Source: the human T2T-CHM13v2.0 reference genome, Homo sapiens
Assembly: GCF_009914755.1 (NCBI RefSeq)
Contig: NC_060933.1
Reading direction: 5' to 3' (one strand)
Length of the DNA stretch: 64,000 bases
Each line of letters begins with the position of its first letter. The first letter of the stretch is position 1. Below are positions 1 through 27,410 of this stretch, piece by piece. Made by a program: the position numbers and the translations under genes. The notes beneath the pieces are model-generated. The model was given only the letters and a program-made list of their open reading frames with translations. It searched no databases and was not told the DNA's origin.

Positions 1-244
1 TTGGTTACAGAAAGCCTGTAATTGGATGCAGCTCACTGTCCTAGAAAATCCAAGCAAAATTTTACACATGTATGTGAATCAAGGACTCCCACAGCAGCTT
101 GGAGATTGTCAGTTAGGGAGTCTCAAACTGCAAGTTAATTCATGAGCCAAAACATATTCTCTCAAATGTTCTGTAAAAGTGTGGATGTGGGAGCATAAAC
201 TCAGCAAAGCAGCCACACTGTTACAGAATGAATAAGAATCTAGG

Positions 245-657
<413 letters not shown>

Positions 658-2024
658 CTACTCTCTGGAACTGCTTAGTGGCTGGTGCACTGAGTGGGTA
701 TGCCCAAAACGCACATGGTTTTACTTGCATGAGGGAGTCGAAGTTTAACTTGCAGGTTTCCCAGTAATTGTTTACAAAAGGGTTTCTCCTCAAGCCACCA
801 CTACAGAATATCCTTGCTAGGCATAAAAAATATGGCCCCTTCCCTTCACATGCTCATAAGAACTTCAGGGATGCTTGGGCAGAAACCACACCTAGACCAC
901 CATGTTCTTCTTCCTCTTTTTTTTTTTTTTAATAGAGACGGGGCCTTGGTATGTTGCCCAGGCTAGTCTCAAACTCCTGGGCTCAGGCGATCTTCCCACC
1001 CCATCCTCCCAAAGTGTTGGGATTACATGCGTGAGCCCCTGTGCCTGGCCTATCACCATGTTCTTGCCAGCTCTCCACCAGGTGAGCATATGAGGCTCAT
1101 AACCAGTTCTTATTTATTTAATGGAGGGTGGGGGAGATTCTGATTGGGGTAGTCTCGGACTGAACTAAATTTTAATATATTCATGTTAAATAAATGATTT
1201 GGCTACCTAATTAATAACACAATTTCCTGTGAAAGATAAAAATCAAGAACTGAAGACTATTTCCCAGAAAAAGAATAGTGGTGAATTTGTTACATTTATT
1301 CTTTCTCTCTCTCTTTCTCTCGTACCCACCCATACACACAGATTGAGACATACACTCCAAACTGCCAAGGAATCTGTTTGTGGTGCAATTTTTGGAAGTC
1401 GAAGATATTGCACATTTTAAGTCACAACCTGGCTGGGCACAGTGGCTCATAATCCCAGCACTTTGGGAAGCCGAGGCAGGCGGATGACTTGAGCTCAGGA
1501 TTTGGAGACCAGCCTGGGCAACGTGTCGAAACTCTGGCTCTACAAAATATACAAAAATTAACTGGGTGTGGTGGCATGCACCCGTTATCCCAGCTACCCA
1601 GGAGGTTGAGGTGACAGAATGGCTTGAGCCTGAGAGGTGGAGGCTGCAATGAACCAAGACTGCACCACTGCACTCCCTCCTGAGTGTCAGAGCTGTATCC
1701 TGTCTCAAAAAAAAAAAAAAAAAAGACACAATCTGCTTCAAAATCAGAAAGCATGCCATCTCGAGAGATATACCAAATAATTGGCAATGGTGATCTGGGA
1801 TAGATGGGCAGGGATCATAAAAAAACTTCCACACTTTTCATATTATATATTTCTTATAATGTTTGAACATGTTTAGTGAGCCTATATTTCTCCTTTTGTA
1901 AGCAGAAAGTATAACACAGAGAAAGTTTAAAAACAAAAGCAGCATGCCACCTCTCTTAGCAGTGGACCACATACTACCATCATTCACTTCATGCCGGACT
2001 CCTTGTGATAGTTCTGCCTGTTCA

Positions 2025-2489
<465 letters not shown>

Positions 2490-3313
2490 TCAGGAGTTTG
2501 AGACCAGCCTGGCCAACATGGTGAAACCCCATCTCTACTAAAAATACAAAAATTAGCCAAGTGTGGTGGTTTGTGCCTGTAATCCCAGCTACTTGGGAGG
2601 CTGAGGCAGGAGAATCGCTTGAACCCGGAAGGCAGGGGGTTGCAGTGAGCTGAGATCTCGCCATTGCACTCCAGCCTGGGTAACAGAGCAGGACTCCGTC
2701 TCAAAAAAACAAACAAAACAAAACAAAACCAAAAAAATCACACATGCAGATACCAATCTGGGACAAAGTAGAAGCCCTTGGGCTTCCTTTCCTTGTAACC
2801 TTTTCCCTCGGGTCTGTCAGGACTGTCTTCACCATCAGAATGAGCAGTTTCCCTGTGGGTCCTTACCTATCTTCTCACCCCCATGTGCCTTTTGTTTATG
2901 GTTGATTTCCCAGGCCTCTCTGCAAATGGCTAAGGGACACAGAGGTTTAATCTGGTATTGACTGTCAACACTAACAAACCTCATGCTTAGTGAAAGATGT
3001 GCTTAGAACTGAACTGTTAGGTAGAGCCCTAAAAATGTGTGGAGAAAGAATGTTGAAGATGAGGTGGGGAACTTTCGTGCTTTTGGGCATGGAAACCATT
3101 TAGCATAGTGCACATTGGCAGGATGTCAAGAAACTGTTTTCCATGACGCCCAAAAGAATAATATACTGTATTCAAGGAGGCCCTGGCAAGTGTGCAGCCC
3201 TGTATTGAGTAACATTAGGGAATCAACAGAGGTAAAATTAATGATCCCTCGGCTGGGTGCAGTGGCTCATGCCGGTAATCCCAGCACCTTGGGAGGCCAA
3301 GGCAGGTGGATCA

Positions 3314-3658
<345 letters not shown>

Positions 3659-4834
3659 TCATGGTGTGTGTGTGCATGTGTGTAAGGTACTGATTCCTTA
3701 CTACATGGACTCAACAAGACCACCTCATCACCAGTCTGCTACATAGACAAGTTCCTTGAAGACATTCTTCATGTCTTCACCAAGTCATGTACTGATGGCC
3801 AAGCCTTCCCTTTCCTGTGGCCCTCTGGCTTTGGCACACTCCTCCTCGTCACTAGCCACACTTGCTGTCGCTGTGGGGACGCACAAGCAGAAGGGCTGCT
3901 TTCACACACCTCAGCTTACCCCAGTTGCTTCAAACTGCTCTCCACCTCCCTTGCTTGGTAGCCTTTCTTCCATGCATCATTTCAGTGTCAGCCACTGCTA
4001 GATTATTAGCCCTTGAGGTCTCCTGCTTTCTTTTCCGGCCAAGCACACTTCAGGAAGAAAGCCATAATTGTTCTGACAAAACGTTCTGTTCAACCAGAAT
4101 GAACTCAAAATGGAATTCTGGGAACTCAGGCAAACAACTATTGCCAATCAGGTTGCTGCCAGCCAACTCCAAGAACAGTCTAGAAGTAAGAGCCTGCTGA
4201 TTGCTCTGCCTCCTCCCACCCTATGTCAAATGGTGTCGTGCTGACAGCTGACAATGTCTCCATTCTCCTGATGACACCATTTCAAAAGACTTAAACCATC
4301 TCCTCCTTTGACCAGCATGTGTGGGTTTATGACGTTCCTTGCCAAGCCACAGGGTAATCTGCAAATGGTAATTCTCCTGGCCTGAGTAAGTTCCCAGAAC
4401 CCCTAGGTTGGCCATATAATTACAAACTCCAGAGCATTAATAAAGACAAGGAAAAGTGAAGTGGCTGGCTCATGCCCATAATCTCAGCACTTTGGGAGGC
4501 TGAGGCATGAGGATTCTTGAGCCCAGAAGTTCCAGACCAGCCTGGGCAACATAGTGAAACCTCATCTGTATAAAAAAATACAATAATTAGCCAGGTACGG
4601 TGGTGTGTGCCTGTAGCCTGTAGTCCCAGCTACTAAAGAGGCTGAGGTGGGAAGATCGCTTGAGCCGGGTTGCAGTGAGCCGGGATCAGGCAACTGCACT
4701 GTGGCCTAGGTGACAGAGCAAGACTGTCTCAAGACAAAAAAAGAAAGAAGAAAAGTGGAGTGGACAATGGAGGAGGACAAATTATTTTACAAAGAACAAC
4801 AACAACAAAAATACCTTGAAATCTTCATAAACAC

Positions 4835-5925
<1,091 letters not shown>

Positions 5926-6154
5926 TAGCCAATTGTTATTTCTATGCCTATGTAATATGCCACACAGAATCACATGTATATGAAAATATTTTTAATAAAG
6001 TATTCAAAATGATAAGCTAGTAGGAAAAAAAGATTTGCCTATCTAATGACTCAAGTTGAAATGAATTTCTGAAAACAAAGACAATATATTGCAGTGATTA
6101 CAAGCATACCTACAATCACCCAGATCTATGTTTGATGACAAAATAGTATTCAAC

Positions 6155-6557
6155 TTGTAGGAAATGCCTCTAAGAGAAAATGGGAAGGAGCCAGGAGAGG
6201 CTGGCAGGCCCATCAGACTGCGATGCAGGCCTCAACCCAAGTGAAGAAGAGAGGAAAGGAGAGAAGGGTGGGTAGAAGCACGTTACATTATAGTGTACTC
6301 TAAAGAAATTTCAGTGAGGCTGTGGGAGCACCCCAGTCATCAGAGGAGTCCCATATCTCCAAAGTATCACCCTGCCTTAATATCCCTGCCACACTCTGTC
6401 ACTGGCTGAGAGTAGCCCATGGGTGTGTGGCCTCAGCTCACATGTGGTGATGGAATTCAGAAGGCAGCAGGGGCCCTCAGTCAATTGCTCCCCGCAGTTA
6501 GAAGGATATCTGAGTGGTGTATCTCATGGTCACCACACTCAGTTTTCCCCTTTAGTA
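6155..6557 (-). mobile_element. LTR16-family (ERVL) LTR fragment
   Basis: Matches recalled LTR16 consensus motifs (CAGACTGCGATGCAGG, AGAGGAGTCCC, CCTGCCTTAATATCCCTGCC, GGGGCCCTCAGTCAATT); terminates at ...CCACA. Confidence 0.75.
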
Positions 6558-7019
6558 AGACAGGACAAAATCCTTGCCCACTTGCCATCCAGAGAAACTG
6601 GATGACTCAGAGAAGGTAATGTCTGTAAACACTTTGTAAACTTTAAGTATGGAACATGTAAAATATTCCTTACACAGGACTATGACCCAGTCGTGATGTG
6701 TAGCTCTTCACTCCCTATCTCTGTCTACATCCTTTAACACACACCTATGAGACCTCCAGTCTGCCTCTGGCTACCCAACCTAGATACTTCCTGAGCTCAG
6801 CCCTGTCTGGAACGCAGGAATGGAAAATACAGTCCTTTGGGTCATAGCTAAAAATGTCCTCAAATAGATCCAGCCAGCTGGCTGTGCATAGGTCAATTCA
6901 ACCTCATTATGTACCACTTCAATGAAGCTGGACATTGACCTCTTTGATAACCAAGGGCCATGCACAGCAAATTCTGCAACTTAATGATTAAACTGCTTGG
7001 AAGAGAGGCAAACTATTAG

Positions 7020-7288
<269 letters not shown>

Positions 7289-7397
7289 TGATCTGCCTGC
7301 CTTGGCCTCCCAAAGTGCTGGGATTACAGGTGTGAGCCACCATACCTGGCCATAATTTTATTTATTTTTGAATAGGTAATACTTACACATGATCTGA

Positions 7398-8221
<824 letters not shown>

Positions 8222-8400
8222 TAAAATTGCTAAAAGAATGTCCCTTAGAGAGTAACTAGTGTTCAGACTGGGCTAATGTTATTTACATTCCTCTATTTTA
8301 CTCTAATTTATCTAATTTCAACCTTATTTGGAGGCATATTTTTTCAACATTTCACTCTGAAGATTTTTCAAACATACAGGAAAGTTGAAAGAATTGTTCA

Positions 8401-8757
<357 letters not shown>

Positions 8758-9204
8758 CTAGATTCTGCAATGACTAATTTGCTACATTTACTTTAGGTAT
8801 TGCTATTATTATTCTCATTTTACCGCTGATGAAACTGTGTCTTGTTGCAAAAGCTTCTAATGGTATCTTGCTTAATCTTTTTTTTTTTTTTAATTATTCC
8901 AGCATTTCAACCAAGGTCCAAAGAGATTAACGTTCCCTGAGAAGAATTTCAATCCAGTTTCTTGTGTCCGAATATGGTCTGTAGATAAGGCCCAAAGAAC
9001 ACAAGTTCTCTTTTTCACTTGTAATTGCGCCATCCTTTGGCCCTTATCATTCCACGTGGTGCTGTTCTCCCTAACAGTTTAACCTCCCTCAGCTGACCTC
9101 CTTCTTCTTGAAAGCATGGTAGCTTTTAGGCATGTGAGGGAAGCAGACCAGGCATCCCAGCTGACTCATCTGTTTTTATCTCAACAGCCTACATGGACAA
9201 CCAC

Positions 9205-9335
9205 TTTTCTACTCACAGTGTGTGGTTCACAGACCAGCCGAATTACATCATAAATGCACAGTATCAGGCCCACCCAGACCTATAGAATGAGAATCTGCCA
9301 TTTCACAAGATGTCCAAGTGATTCCTATGCACATG
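9205..9335. mobile_element. MER5-type hAT-Charlie DNA transposon relic
   Basis: GTGTGGTTCACAGACCAGC...CAGGCCCACCCAGACCTATAGAATGAGAATCTGC...CAAGATGTCCAAGTGATTCCTATGCACAT resembles the MER5 consensus. Confidence 0.7.
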
Positions 9336-9649
9336 CCACATCATTACAGTCTCACTTCAGCCATGGTTAAAAGGAGCCCAATGTGATTTACTGGTCATAC
9401 GTGGAAAAAAAAAAAAGAGTAGTTCATGACATTTTTCTTGATCAGCCATGGTAACTCATGTCTGTAATCCTAACACTTTGGGATGCCAAAGTGGGATGAT
9501 CACTTGAGGCCAGGAGTTCAAGTCCAGCCTGGGCAACATAGCAAGACTATAAAGAAAAATAAAGACATTTATCTTTAAAACAACCTTTCCTTCTTCTTGT
9601 TTTTACATCTCATTTGCCTCTTTACTCCCTTTCTTCACAACCTGTAATT

Positions 9650-9830
9650 CCACTTATTGAGCCTGCTGTGTATGCTACGTATGAGGAACATTATTGCTAA
9701 CCCTCAGAGGTTTACAGAAGATGTTTTATTCCTAATTTACAGATGAGGCTCAGAGGATTAGAAATCCACCTAATATTAAACAGCTGTAAATATTAAGTAT
9801 GTTCTTTTCCAAGACCTACTGCTCTCTTTC
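9650..9830 (-). mobile_element. MIR fragment
   Basis: CTTATTGAGCCTGCTGTGTATGC...ATTTACAGATGAGGCTCAGAG resembles the antisense MIR core. Confidence 0.6.
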
Positions 9831-10189
9831 TACTGTAAAACAATGTATTTCCAAACTCTGGCAATTGTCTCAGCCTAGACGTTTCCCACTAGGGCCAGAG
9901 AGCTTATGTCTGCCTGTCATCAAAGGCTTGTGGACTTGTCTCTCTCTCAAGCCTCTTTCTCATGTCTTGTTCACTACTAGTTGACCTGGATCTTGTTCTT
10001 TTAGCTCCCAGGCATCAACCAGGTGTTCTATAATCTAAGAACTTAGGTAACACCTGTGCATTGTAATGATAGCCTCCTACAGATGGTGAGAGGAGGTGGG
10101 AGTGAGAAGATGACAGACAGGTGAAGAAATATTTGGCGAGGTAGGATGCACTCTGCCAGGGCATGCCCCATTTCAACCTAAATAAAGAG

Positions 10190-10620
10190 CTCAAATAGCT
10201 GTTGTGCATATGGTATCTTGCTAATGCCTATGCTGGGTACAGAGATCTATAAAATGTAATTCCTGCCCTTAATAAGGATAATTAATCCAGCAGGGGAGCT
10301 AGAACATGCACACATAAAAGCCCCATGAACAAAGTACAGCAGGAACATAGAAGAGAAGCTGCTTCTGGGTGGTGAAATAGATGATTACAAAGAGCATGGG
10401 ATGGGAGGCAGAGAGCCTCTCAGGCAAGGGGAGAATGTGCAGAAACAGAAGGAAGGAAAAGCACCTTTGGGGAGTCTCCTGCACAGAGCCCAGGGTGGCT
10501 GATGGAGAAGGTATGTTAGATTAAGGGGGAAGCTTGGGAATGCCTCATAGGGAGTCACTGAAGGTTGATAAGTAATGTGATCAGAAGTGGGCAGTTCGGT
10601 TACTACTTTGGCAGAGAATG
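10190..10620 (-). mobile_element. L2 LINE 3' fragment
   Basis: Degenerate antisense L2 3'-end motifs (TGCTGGGTACAGAG...CCTGCCCT...GGGAGTCACTGAAGG). Confidence 0.5.
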
Positions 10621-10699
10621 TGGCTCAGAGCAGACAGTGACTAGATTGAGCAAGGTGACAGATTCATACCTAGAATGAAACTCAGAGAACAGGTAGACA

Positions 10700-10895
10700 A
10701 GCAGCTTTCAAACTTTTTGGCCCTGAAACCCTTTGTACAAATGAAATGTTAGTCAGCCATTGTAAACAAATAGATTAAAGCTAAATTACTCTGGTTGGAA
10801 TAAGTGGGAGGGAAGAACTGAGTTCTTTCCTTCCTCTCATTTCTTTCTTTCTCTCCAAGTGGATTCTGAAGGGGCTTCTTGTTTGAAAATCAATG
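10700..10895. mobile_element. MER102-like hAT relic
   Basis: CAGCTTTCAAACTTTTT...AACCCTTTGTACAAATGAAATGTT...CTCTGGTTGGAA resembles recalled MER102. Confidence 0.55.
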
Positions 10896-10897
10896 AT

Positions 10898-11118
10898 CAA
10901 AGGGCTTAGCAAACCACAACCAGCTCCTGCCTGCCACCTGCTTTTGCAAATAAAAACCTATGGGGATACAGCTATGCCTCTTTGATTTCATATTGTCTCT
11001 GCCTGCTTTCATGTTACAATGACCAAGCTGAATAATCAGGACAGGGAAACCCCATGGTCCACAGAATTGAAAGTATTTGCTATCTGGCCCTTTAAAGACA
11101 AGGTTTGCCAACCTACCA
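10898..11118. mobile_element. MER58A hAT-Charlie MITE
   Basis: Terminal GCAAAC/GTTTGCC ends; internal CCACCTGCTTTTGCAAATAAAA and TATTTGCTATCTGGCCCTTTA motifs. Confidence 0.8.
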
Positions 11119-11257
11119 TCTAGGGCTTTATTACAATGCACAGGTGTTACCTATGTTCTTGGTCTGTGGTCTAAGTGTCATCCTTAGACACCAGCACACA
11201 TTGTCCCTCTGTGCACAGATAGCTCAGGGTGGTGAAGGTTGATTTAGGAGTCATTGA

Positions 11258-11578
<321 letters not shown>

Positions 11579-11870
11579 TCATTGCCTTGGAATTAGGAGT
11601 TAGGAGTTGTGTGAGATGGCTTATGATCAAGAGAGAGGGTCCAGAGAGAAAAGAAAGGAGGTTCTGAGAAAACCTTCAGTAATGGCTAGATTTAGAGAAC
11701 AGGCTGAGGGAATCATAGGAGAAATCACTGGGAAAAGTACCAATTCTCATTGATGCCAGAAAATTATGACACATTGGGCCGGGTGCAGTGGCTCACGCCT
11801 GTAATCCCAGCACTCTGGGAGGCCAAGGCGGGCGGATGACAAAGTCAGGAGATGGAGACGATCCTGGCTA

Positions 11871-12684
<814 letters not shown>

Positions 12685-13483
12685 TGAGTATTACAGGCAA
12701 GTGCCACCGTGCCCGGCTAGCTCTTGTATTTTTAGTAGAGATGGGGTTTTGCCATGTTGGCCAGGCTGGTTTTGAATTCCTGACCTCAGGTGATCCACTC
12801 TTGTTGGCATCCCAAAATGCTGGGATTACAGGCGTGAGCCACTGTAGCCAGTCATCTTACTTTTTTTTTTAGTTGACATAAATGTCAGGCAAGTTACTAC
12901 ACAAACTTGAAAAATGAATGAACATCCTTTTATAATCCCAACCTTTATGTGCCCGATTTTTACTCTGTGTATCTTGCAAAAGGCCTACAGAAATATGCTT
13001 TCACAATTGTTAATTATTACTTTTAAGATACAACATTGTGATTACTGAGGTTTGCCTCAAAGCAATTTTCCTTTTTTCTTTTTTTCTTTCTTTGAGATGG
13101 AGTCTCGTTCTTGTGACCCAGGCTAGAGTGCAGTGTTGCGATCTCAGCTCACTGCAACCTCTGCCTCCGGGGTTCAAGTGATTCTCCTGCCTCAGCCTCC
13201 TGAGTAGCTGGGATTACAGGCACCCACCACCATACCTGGCTAATTTTTGTATTTTTAGTAGAGACGGGGTTTCAACATGTTGGCCAGGCTGGTCTCAAAC
13301 TCCGGACCTCAAGTGATCTTCCCACCTTGGCCTCCCAAAGTGCTGGGATTACAGGCGTGAGACACTGCACCCAGGTGCAGTTTTCTAACATGGTTGTTTT
13401 ACTGATGGCTTCTTTTTTTCTTTTTCTTCTTTCTCTACTGTAAGCCTAAGTCATTTACCAAGTGTGGAATATTCTAAAGGTAA

Positions 13484-13927
<444 letters not shown>

Positions 13928-14277
13928 TGACCTACTGGGCTCAAGTGATTCTCCTGCCTCAGCCGCCTGAGCATCTGGGACTACAGAGGCAAGCCACCAC
14001 GCCTGGCCAATTTTTCATTTTTTGTAGAGATGGAGTCTCACTATGTAGCTTAGGCTGGTCTTGAACTCCTGCCCTCAAGGGATCCTTTTGCCTAGGCCTC
14101 CCAAAGTGCTGGGATTACAGGCATAAGCCACTGCCCCCACCCTCCCAGAACAGTTTCTTAATGGTATACAAACTGTAACTCCAGGCTGGGTGTGGTGGCT
14201 CACGCCTGTAATCCCAGCACTTTCAGAGGCCGAGGCGGGTGGATCACGAGGTCAGGAGATCGAGACCATCCTGGCTA

Positions 14278-14454
<177 letters not shown>

Positions 14455-14534
14455 TCAGAAAGAAAAAACAAAACAAAACAAAAAACCAAACAAACTGTAA
14501 CTCCAGTGATCTGTACCAATGATCTTTCCAGATT

Positions 14535-14650
14535 AGTACTGTCTGGTTGAACTTTCTACAGTGATGGAAATGCCCTGTGTCTGTGTTGCTCATACACTAG
14601 CTGCCAGCCAGGTATGGCAATTGAGCACTTGAAATGTGAATAATGTGGCC
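14535..14650. mobile_element. MER3-like hAT relic (half)
   Basis: AACTTTCTACAGTGATGGAAATG...TATGGCAATTGAGCACTTGAAATGTG; interrupted by an Alu. Confidence 0.7.
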
Positions 14651-15228
14651 GGGCATGGTGGCTTATGCCTGTAAACCCAGCATTTTGGGAGGCCAAGGTG
14701 AGTGGATCACCTGAGGTCGGGAGTTTGGAACCAGCCATAGCCAACATGGCGAAACCCCGTCTCTACTAAAAATACAAAAATTAGCCAGGTGTGCCGGCAC
14801 GCGCCTGTAATCCCAGCTACTCAGAGGCTGAGGCAGGAGAATTGTGTGAACCCAGGAGGTGGAGCTTGCAGAAACCTAAGTAGAACTTGCAAAGGGATAT
14901 AGAAATGAAATAGTGTCAGTTCTCAATCTCAAGGAGCCTATGTTCTACAACAGATTATAAACAGCAAAATGTACTACATGGGGGATGGAATGTGATCTAC
15001 AGAGAGAATCAGATATACCATGCCTTGAGGACACAGCTGAAGAAGCAGCTTATTTAGAGTCAGAGTGGGAGGAGGACTGAGGTCAGTGTTGCAAGGACGC
15101 TCTCACAAAGCGGGTGGATTTGGAGCAAGGTCTTTAACCTCTGCTTCTTGGGAGGCTATAGCATGTAGATCGCTTGAGCCCAGGAGATCAAGTCCAGCCT
15201 GGGCAACATAGCAATACTCTGTCTCTTA

Positions 15229-15539
<311 letters not shown>

Positions 15540-15558
15540 TTATTATTTTTTAATTTAA

Positions 15559-15696
<138 letters not shown>

Positions 15697-16178
15697 TAGG
15701 CATGCACCACCGTACCTGGCTAATTTTTTTATTTTTAGTAAAGATGGGGTTTTGTCATGTTGGCCAAGCTGGTCTCAAACTCCGGACCTCAAGTGATCCA
15801 CCCACCTCTGCCTCCCAAAGTACTGGGGTTACAGGCATGAGCCATCATGCCCAGACAAAAAAAAAAAAAAAAAATCTAATAAAAAAATAAAATGGGGATA
15901 ATAACAATAAAGCCCACCTCATGAGAGTATTACCTAAAGGGCTTAGAACAATACCTAGTGTGTGGTAAGGACTCTATCAATATTAATTATTAGTATTTCC
16001 ACAAGATGAAAATTATAGACCAGTGCTGTTTTTTATGGGTGAGATAGAGGAGTTTTGGCCAGTCCCAGTCGCTCATGCCTGGAATCCCAAAGCAGTGGAA
16101 GACTGACCCAGGTGCATCATTTGAGGTCAGGAGTTTGAGACCAGCCTGGCCAACATGGCTGAAACCTCATCTCTGTTA

Positions 16179-16397
<219 letters not shown>

Positions 16398-16464
16398 CTA
16401 ATATTTATGAAGTGTTTAGATATCTCAAAATCAATAAAGAGGATTATTAGGCCCACCTGCAGTA

Positions 16465-16820
16465 CTCTTAATAATTTCAGGGAATCAGCTATCTAGGTGA
16501 AAGTTCACAGGGAAGTACATGTCATTGTAACACAAATTAGACCAAAGTTCAGGAAGAGACAGTTACTGAGTCATTTATCTGTCTTATATAAGACCAGTAA
16601 GCCTCTTAGCACCACAAAGTAGATGTAACATTTTAACAGGAAATGACTCCAATCTAGAGCAAAGTTAGTCCCATGCACAAAGTGAAAGGTTGCACAACAC
16701 AAAAAAGATCTGTGCTACGTGTCACACATGATCAGGTGGCGTATTGCTCAAGATGCTGGTATGCAATCAGTCTTTGCAAGAGTCAGATCATTGTCTCACC
16801 TTAGGAAAGGCTTTCCATGT
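16465..16820. promoter_or_regulatory. Candidate enhancer (DR1/HNF4-type, AP-1, C/EBP, ETS, GATA motifs)
   Basis: AGGTGAAAGTTCA 16495-16507, AGACCAAAGTTCA 16539-16551, TGAGTCA 16567-16573, TTATCT ~16575, TTGCACAA 16690-16697, in non-Alu DNA. Motif evidence only. Confidence 0.35.
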
Positions 16821-16880
16821 GCCCTAGAGAGACACTTTCCCTTTCTGGGTTACTTCCTAAAGTACATTCACCTTAACTTA

Positions 16881-17432
<552 letters not shown>

Positions 17433-18123
17433 TCAATTAACAACATTGGGAGGCAGTGTGGTGCCACAGCTTAGTGGCTTTACACTCAGATTTGGTTTAT
17501 AATACTAGCTTCACCTTTGCAAAATTCCATATGTACCAGGTAATTCACAGCAGCATTGTTTACAATAAAAAATGACTGGAAAGATACTAAATGTCCATCG
17601 ATACGGAACTAATTAAATAAATTATGGGTATGACAATGTGGAAAGTTATCCAAATGGAAAAGCAAGATACAGAGCAGGGTATAAATTGTTACCCTTTGTA
17701 AAAAAAAATAAAACGGGGGAATTTTTTTTTTTTTTTTTGAGACAGGGTCTTACTCAGTTGCCCAGGGTGGAATGCAGTGGCATGGTCACAGCTCACTGCA
17801 ATCTCTGCCTCCTGGGCTCAAGCAATCCTCCCCCCTCTGCCTCCCAAGTAGTTGAGACTACCGGCACGTACCATCACGCCCGGCCAATTTCTTTTATTTT
17901 TAGTAGAGATATGATCTCATTATGTTGCTCAAGCTGGTCTCAAACTCCTGAGCTCAAGTGATGTTCCCGCTTTGACTTCCCAAAGTGTAGAAATACTTAC
18001 TTAATAGCTGCTTGTTTAGTAAGTATCTCTGGAAGGGTATTGAAGAAGTTAGCAATGCTGATCGCAGTGGCTCACGCCCATAATCCCAACTCTTTGGGAG
18101 GCTGAGGCGGGCGGATCACTTGA

Positions 18124-18279
<156 letters not shown>

Positions 18280-18365
18280 TGACCAAAATGGTGAAACCCT
18301 GTCTTTACTAAAAATACAAAAATTAGTCAGGCGTGGTAGTGCACACCTGTAATCCCAGCTACTCA

Positions 18366-18650
<285 letters not shown>

Positions 18651-19233
18651 TCAATAAACAAAAAAAGATTAAAAGGGAAGTTTCGTGTATTTTTCAATTT
18701 TGAACTATGACTGTCATCTGGTCAAAAATTAAAACAACCATTTTTAAAGAAAAAGTAAAGGAGCATCTGGTAACAACTTACAAAATGAAAAAAAAAAATC
18801 CCAGCTTTCTGGCTGGGCACAGTGGCTGATGCCCATAATCCCAGCACTTTGGGAGGCTGAGGCGGGCTGATTACTTGAGGTCAGGAGTTTGAGACCATCC
18901 TGGCCAACATGGTGAAACCCTGTCTCTACTAAAAATACAAAAACTAGCCTGGCGTGGTGGCATGTGCCTGTAGTCCCAGCTACTCTGGGGGCTGAGGTGG
19001 GAGGACTGTTTGAACCCAGGAGGTCAAGGCTGCAGTGAGCTATGAATGTGCCACTGTACTCCAGCCTGGGCGACAGAATGAGATGCTGTCTCAAAAACAA
19101 ACAAAAAAAGAATCTCAGCCTTCCTTTTTACTAGCTATGCATCCATGGACAAGTTATTTAATGTCCACAGGGCTCAGTGTCCCTTTGTATTAAAGGGACC
19201 TATCACCTAGGTTTGAACGAGGATTAACTATTA

Positions 19234-21721
<2,488 letters not shown>

Positions 21722-21739
21722 ATAGTTTTATTTTTCTTA

Positions 21740-22740
<1,001 letters not shown>

Positions 22741-22953
22741 ATTGAAATTCCATTCTTTAAATGGCATCACTGAATCCTTTGTTCAAAAAACCCTTCAGAA
22801 ATGACTCAGCTCGCTCACAGTAAAATCCAAGCCTTTAAGACATGATCCAGCACCACTTGCTTCTTTGATTTGAACTCCTACTCTTCTTCCCTTTACTCAC
22901 TCCAGTTGAATCGCGTATGGGCCTCCTTGCCATCCCATGAGCATGCCAAGGTA

Positions 22954-23242
<289 letters not shown>

Positions 23243-23318
23243 TAAGAGTATGAAGGGCTGGGCGCGGTGGCTCACGCCTGTAATCCCAGCACTTCGGGAG
23301 GCCGAGGCGGGCGGATCA

Positions 23319-26000
<2,682 letters not shown>

Positions 26001-26431
26001 TAAAACTTAAAAGTATTTTAAGAAAAACTATTTGTGACTTTCCTCTGAATTTTCTTCATATCTGTCAACATACACTACAGGCAGGCAAAGAGGAGAAGGA
26101 TGGGGGCAGTGGGGGATGGGAATCTCAGGAAAAATGGAAAAAGTTTTCCAAGGACGGAGGTGAAACAGAGAGAAAAATAATGGGAGGAAAGTAAATAATA
26201 GAGACAAGAGGAAAACAGTAGGAGGCAGAAGCAAACTGTGAGCTACAGAAGGAAGAGGCAGTTAGGAGGAGAATAGACATGTGAAATCAAAGTGTGAAAA
26301 TGAGATGATATATAAAGTGCCTAAAATAGCACCTGGCATATAGGATTACATAATATTCAAATACAGTTATTAACTAGAAATCAGAGGGAAAAGTAAAAAA
26401 ATGTCAAGTATTCTATAGCTGCTTTTTTTTG

Positions 26432-26463
<32 letters not shown>

Positions 26464-26472
26464 GTTTTTTGA

Positions 26473-26765
<293 letters not shown>

Positions 26766-27128
26766 TGAATAAATGTTTAGGTGCCCTAGTGATGCATAAA
26801 GTACATTGGTTCTGTAAGTGTTCTGTGCTAAATTAGCATTGTATATTGCTAACGTTAGTTCCCCCCAACCCCATAGTTCTATTTCTATCTTAATTTGAGC
26901 CTGTTATTGTTTTAGGTCTATTGTTGAGGCAGCAGCAAGGAATATTCAGGATGTAATTTGGTTTCTCATTTCCTGGCAACAATCACGTGAGAGGCAAATG
27001 AGAGGCTTTTGCTGAAAGGCTTTTTAAATCTGTAGTAATGAGAACAAATATTAAGTAATCCACTTGTGGATAAATAAAAGTTGCAGTGCTATGATTCAAT
27101 CTTCATCTGATGAAACCAAAGTTCATTA

Positions 27129-27410
<282 letters not shown>

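Noticed and set aside
4228-4282. Inverted repeat AAATGGTGTC/GACACCATTT
   Set aside because: A 10-bp stem with a 35-nt spacer is plausible by chance in 64 kb and has no other support.
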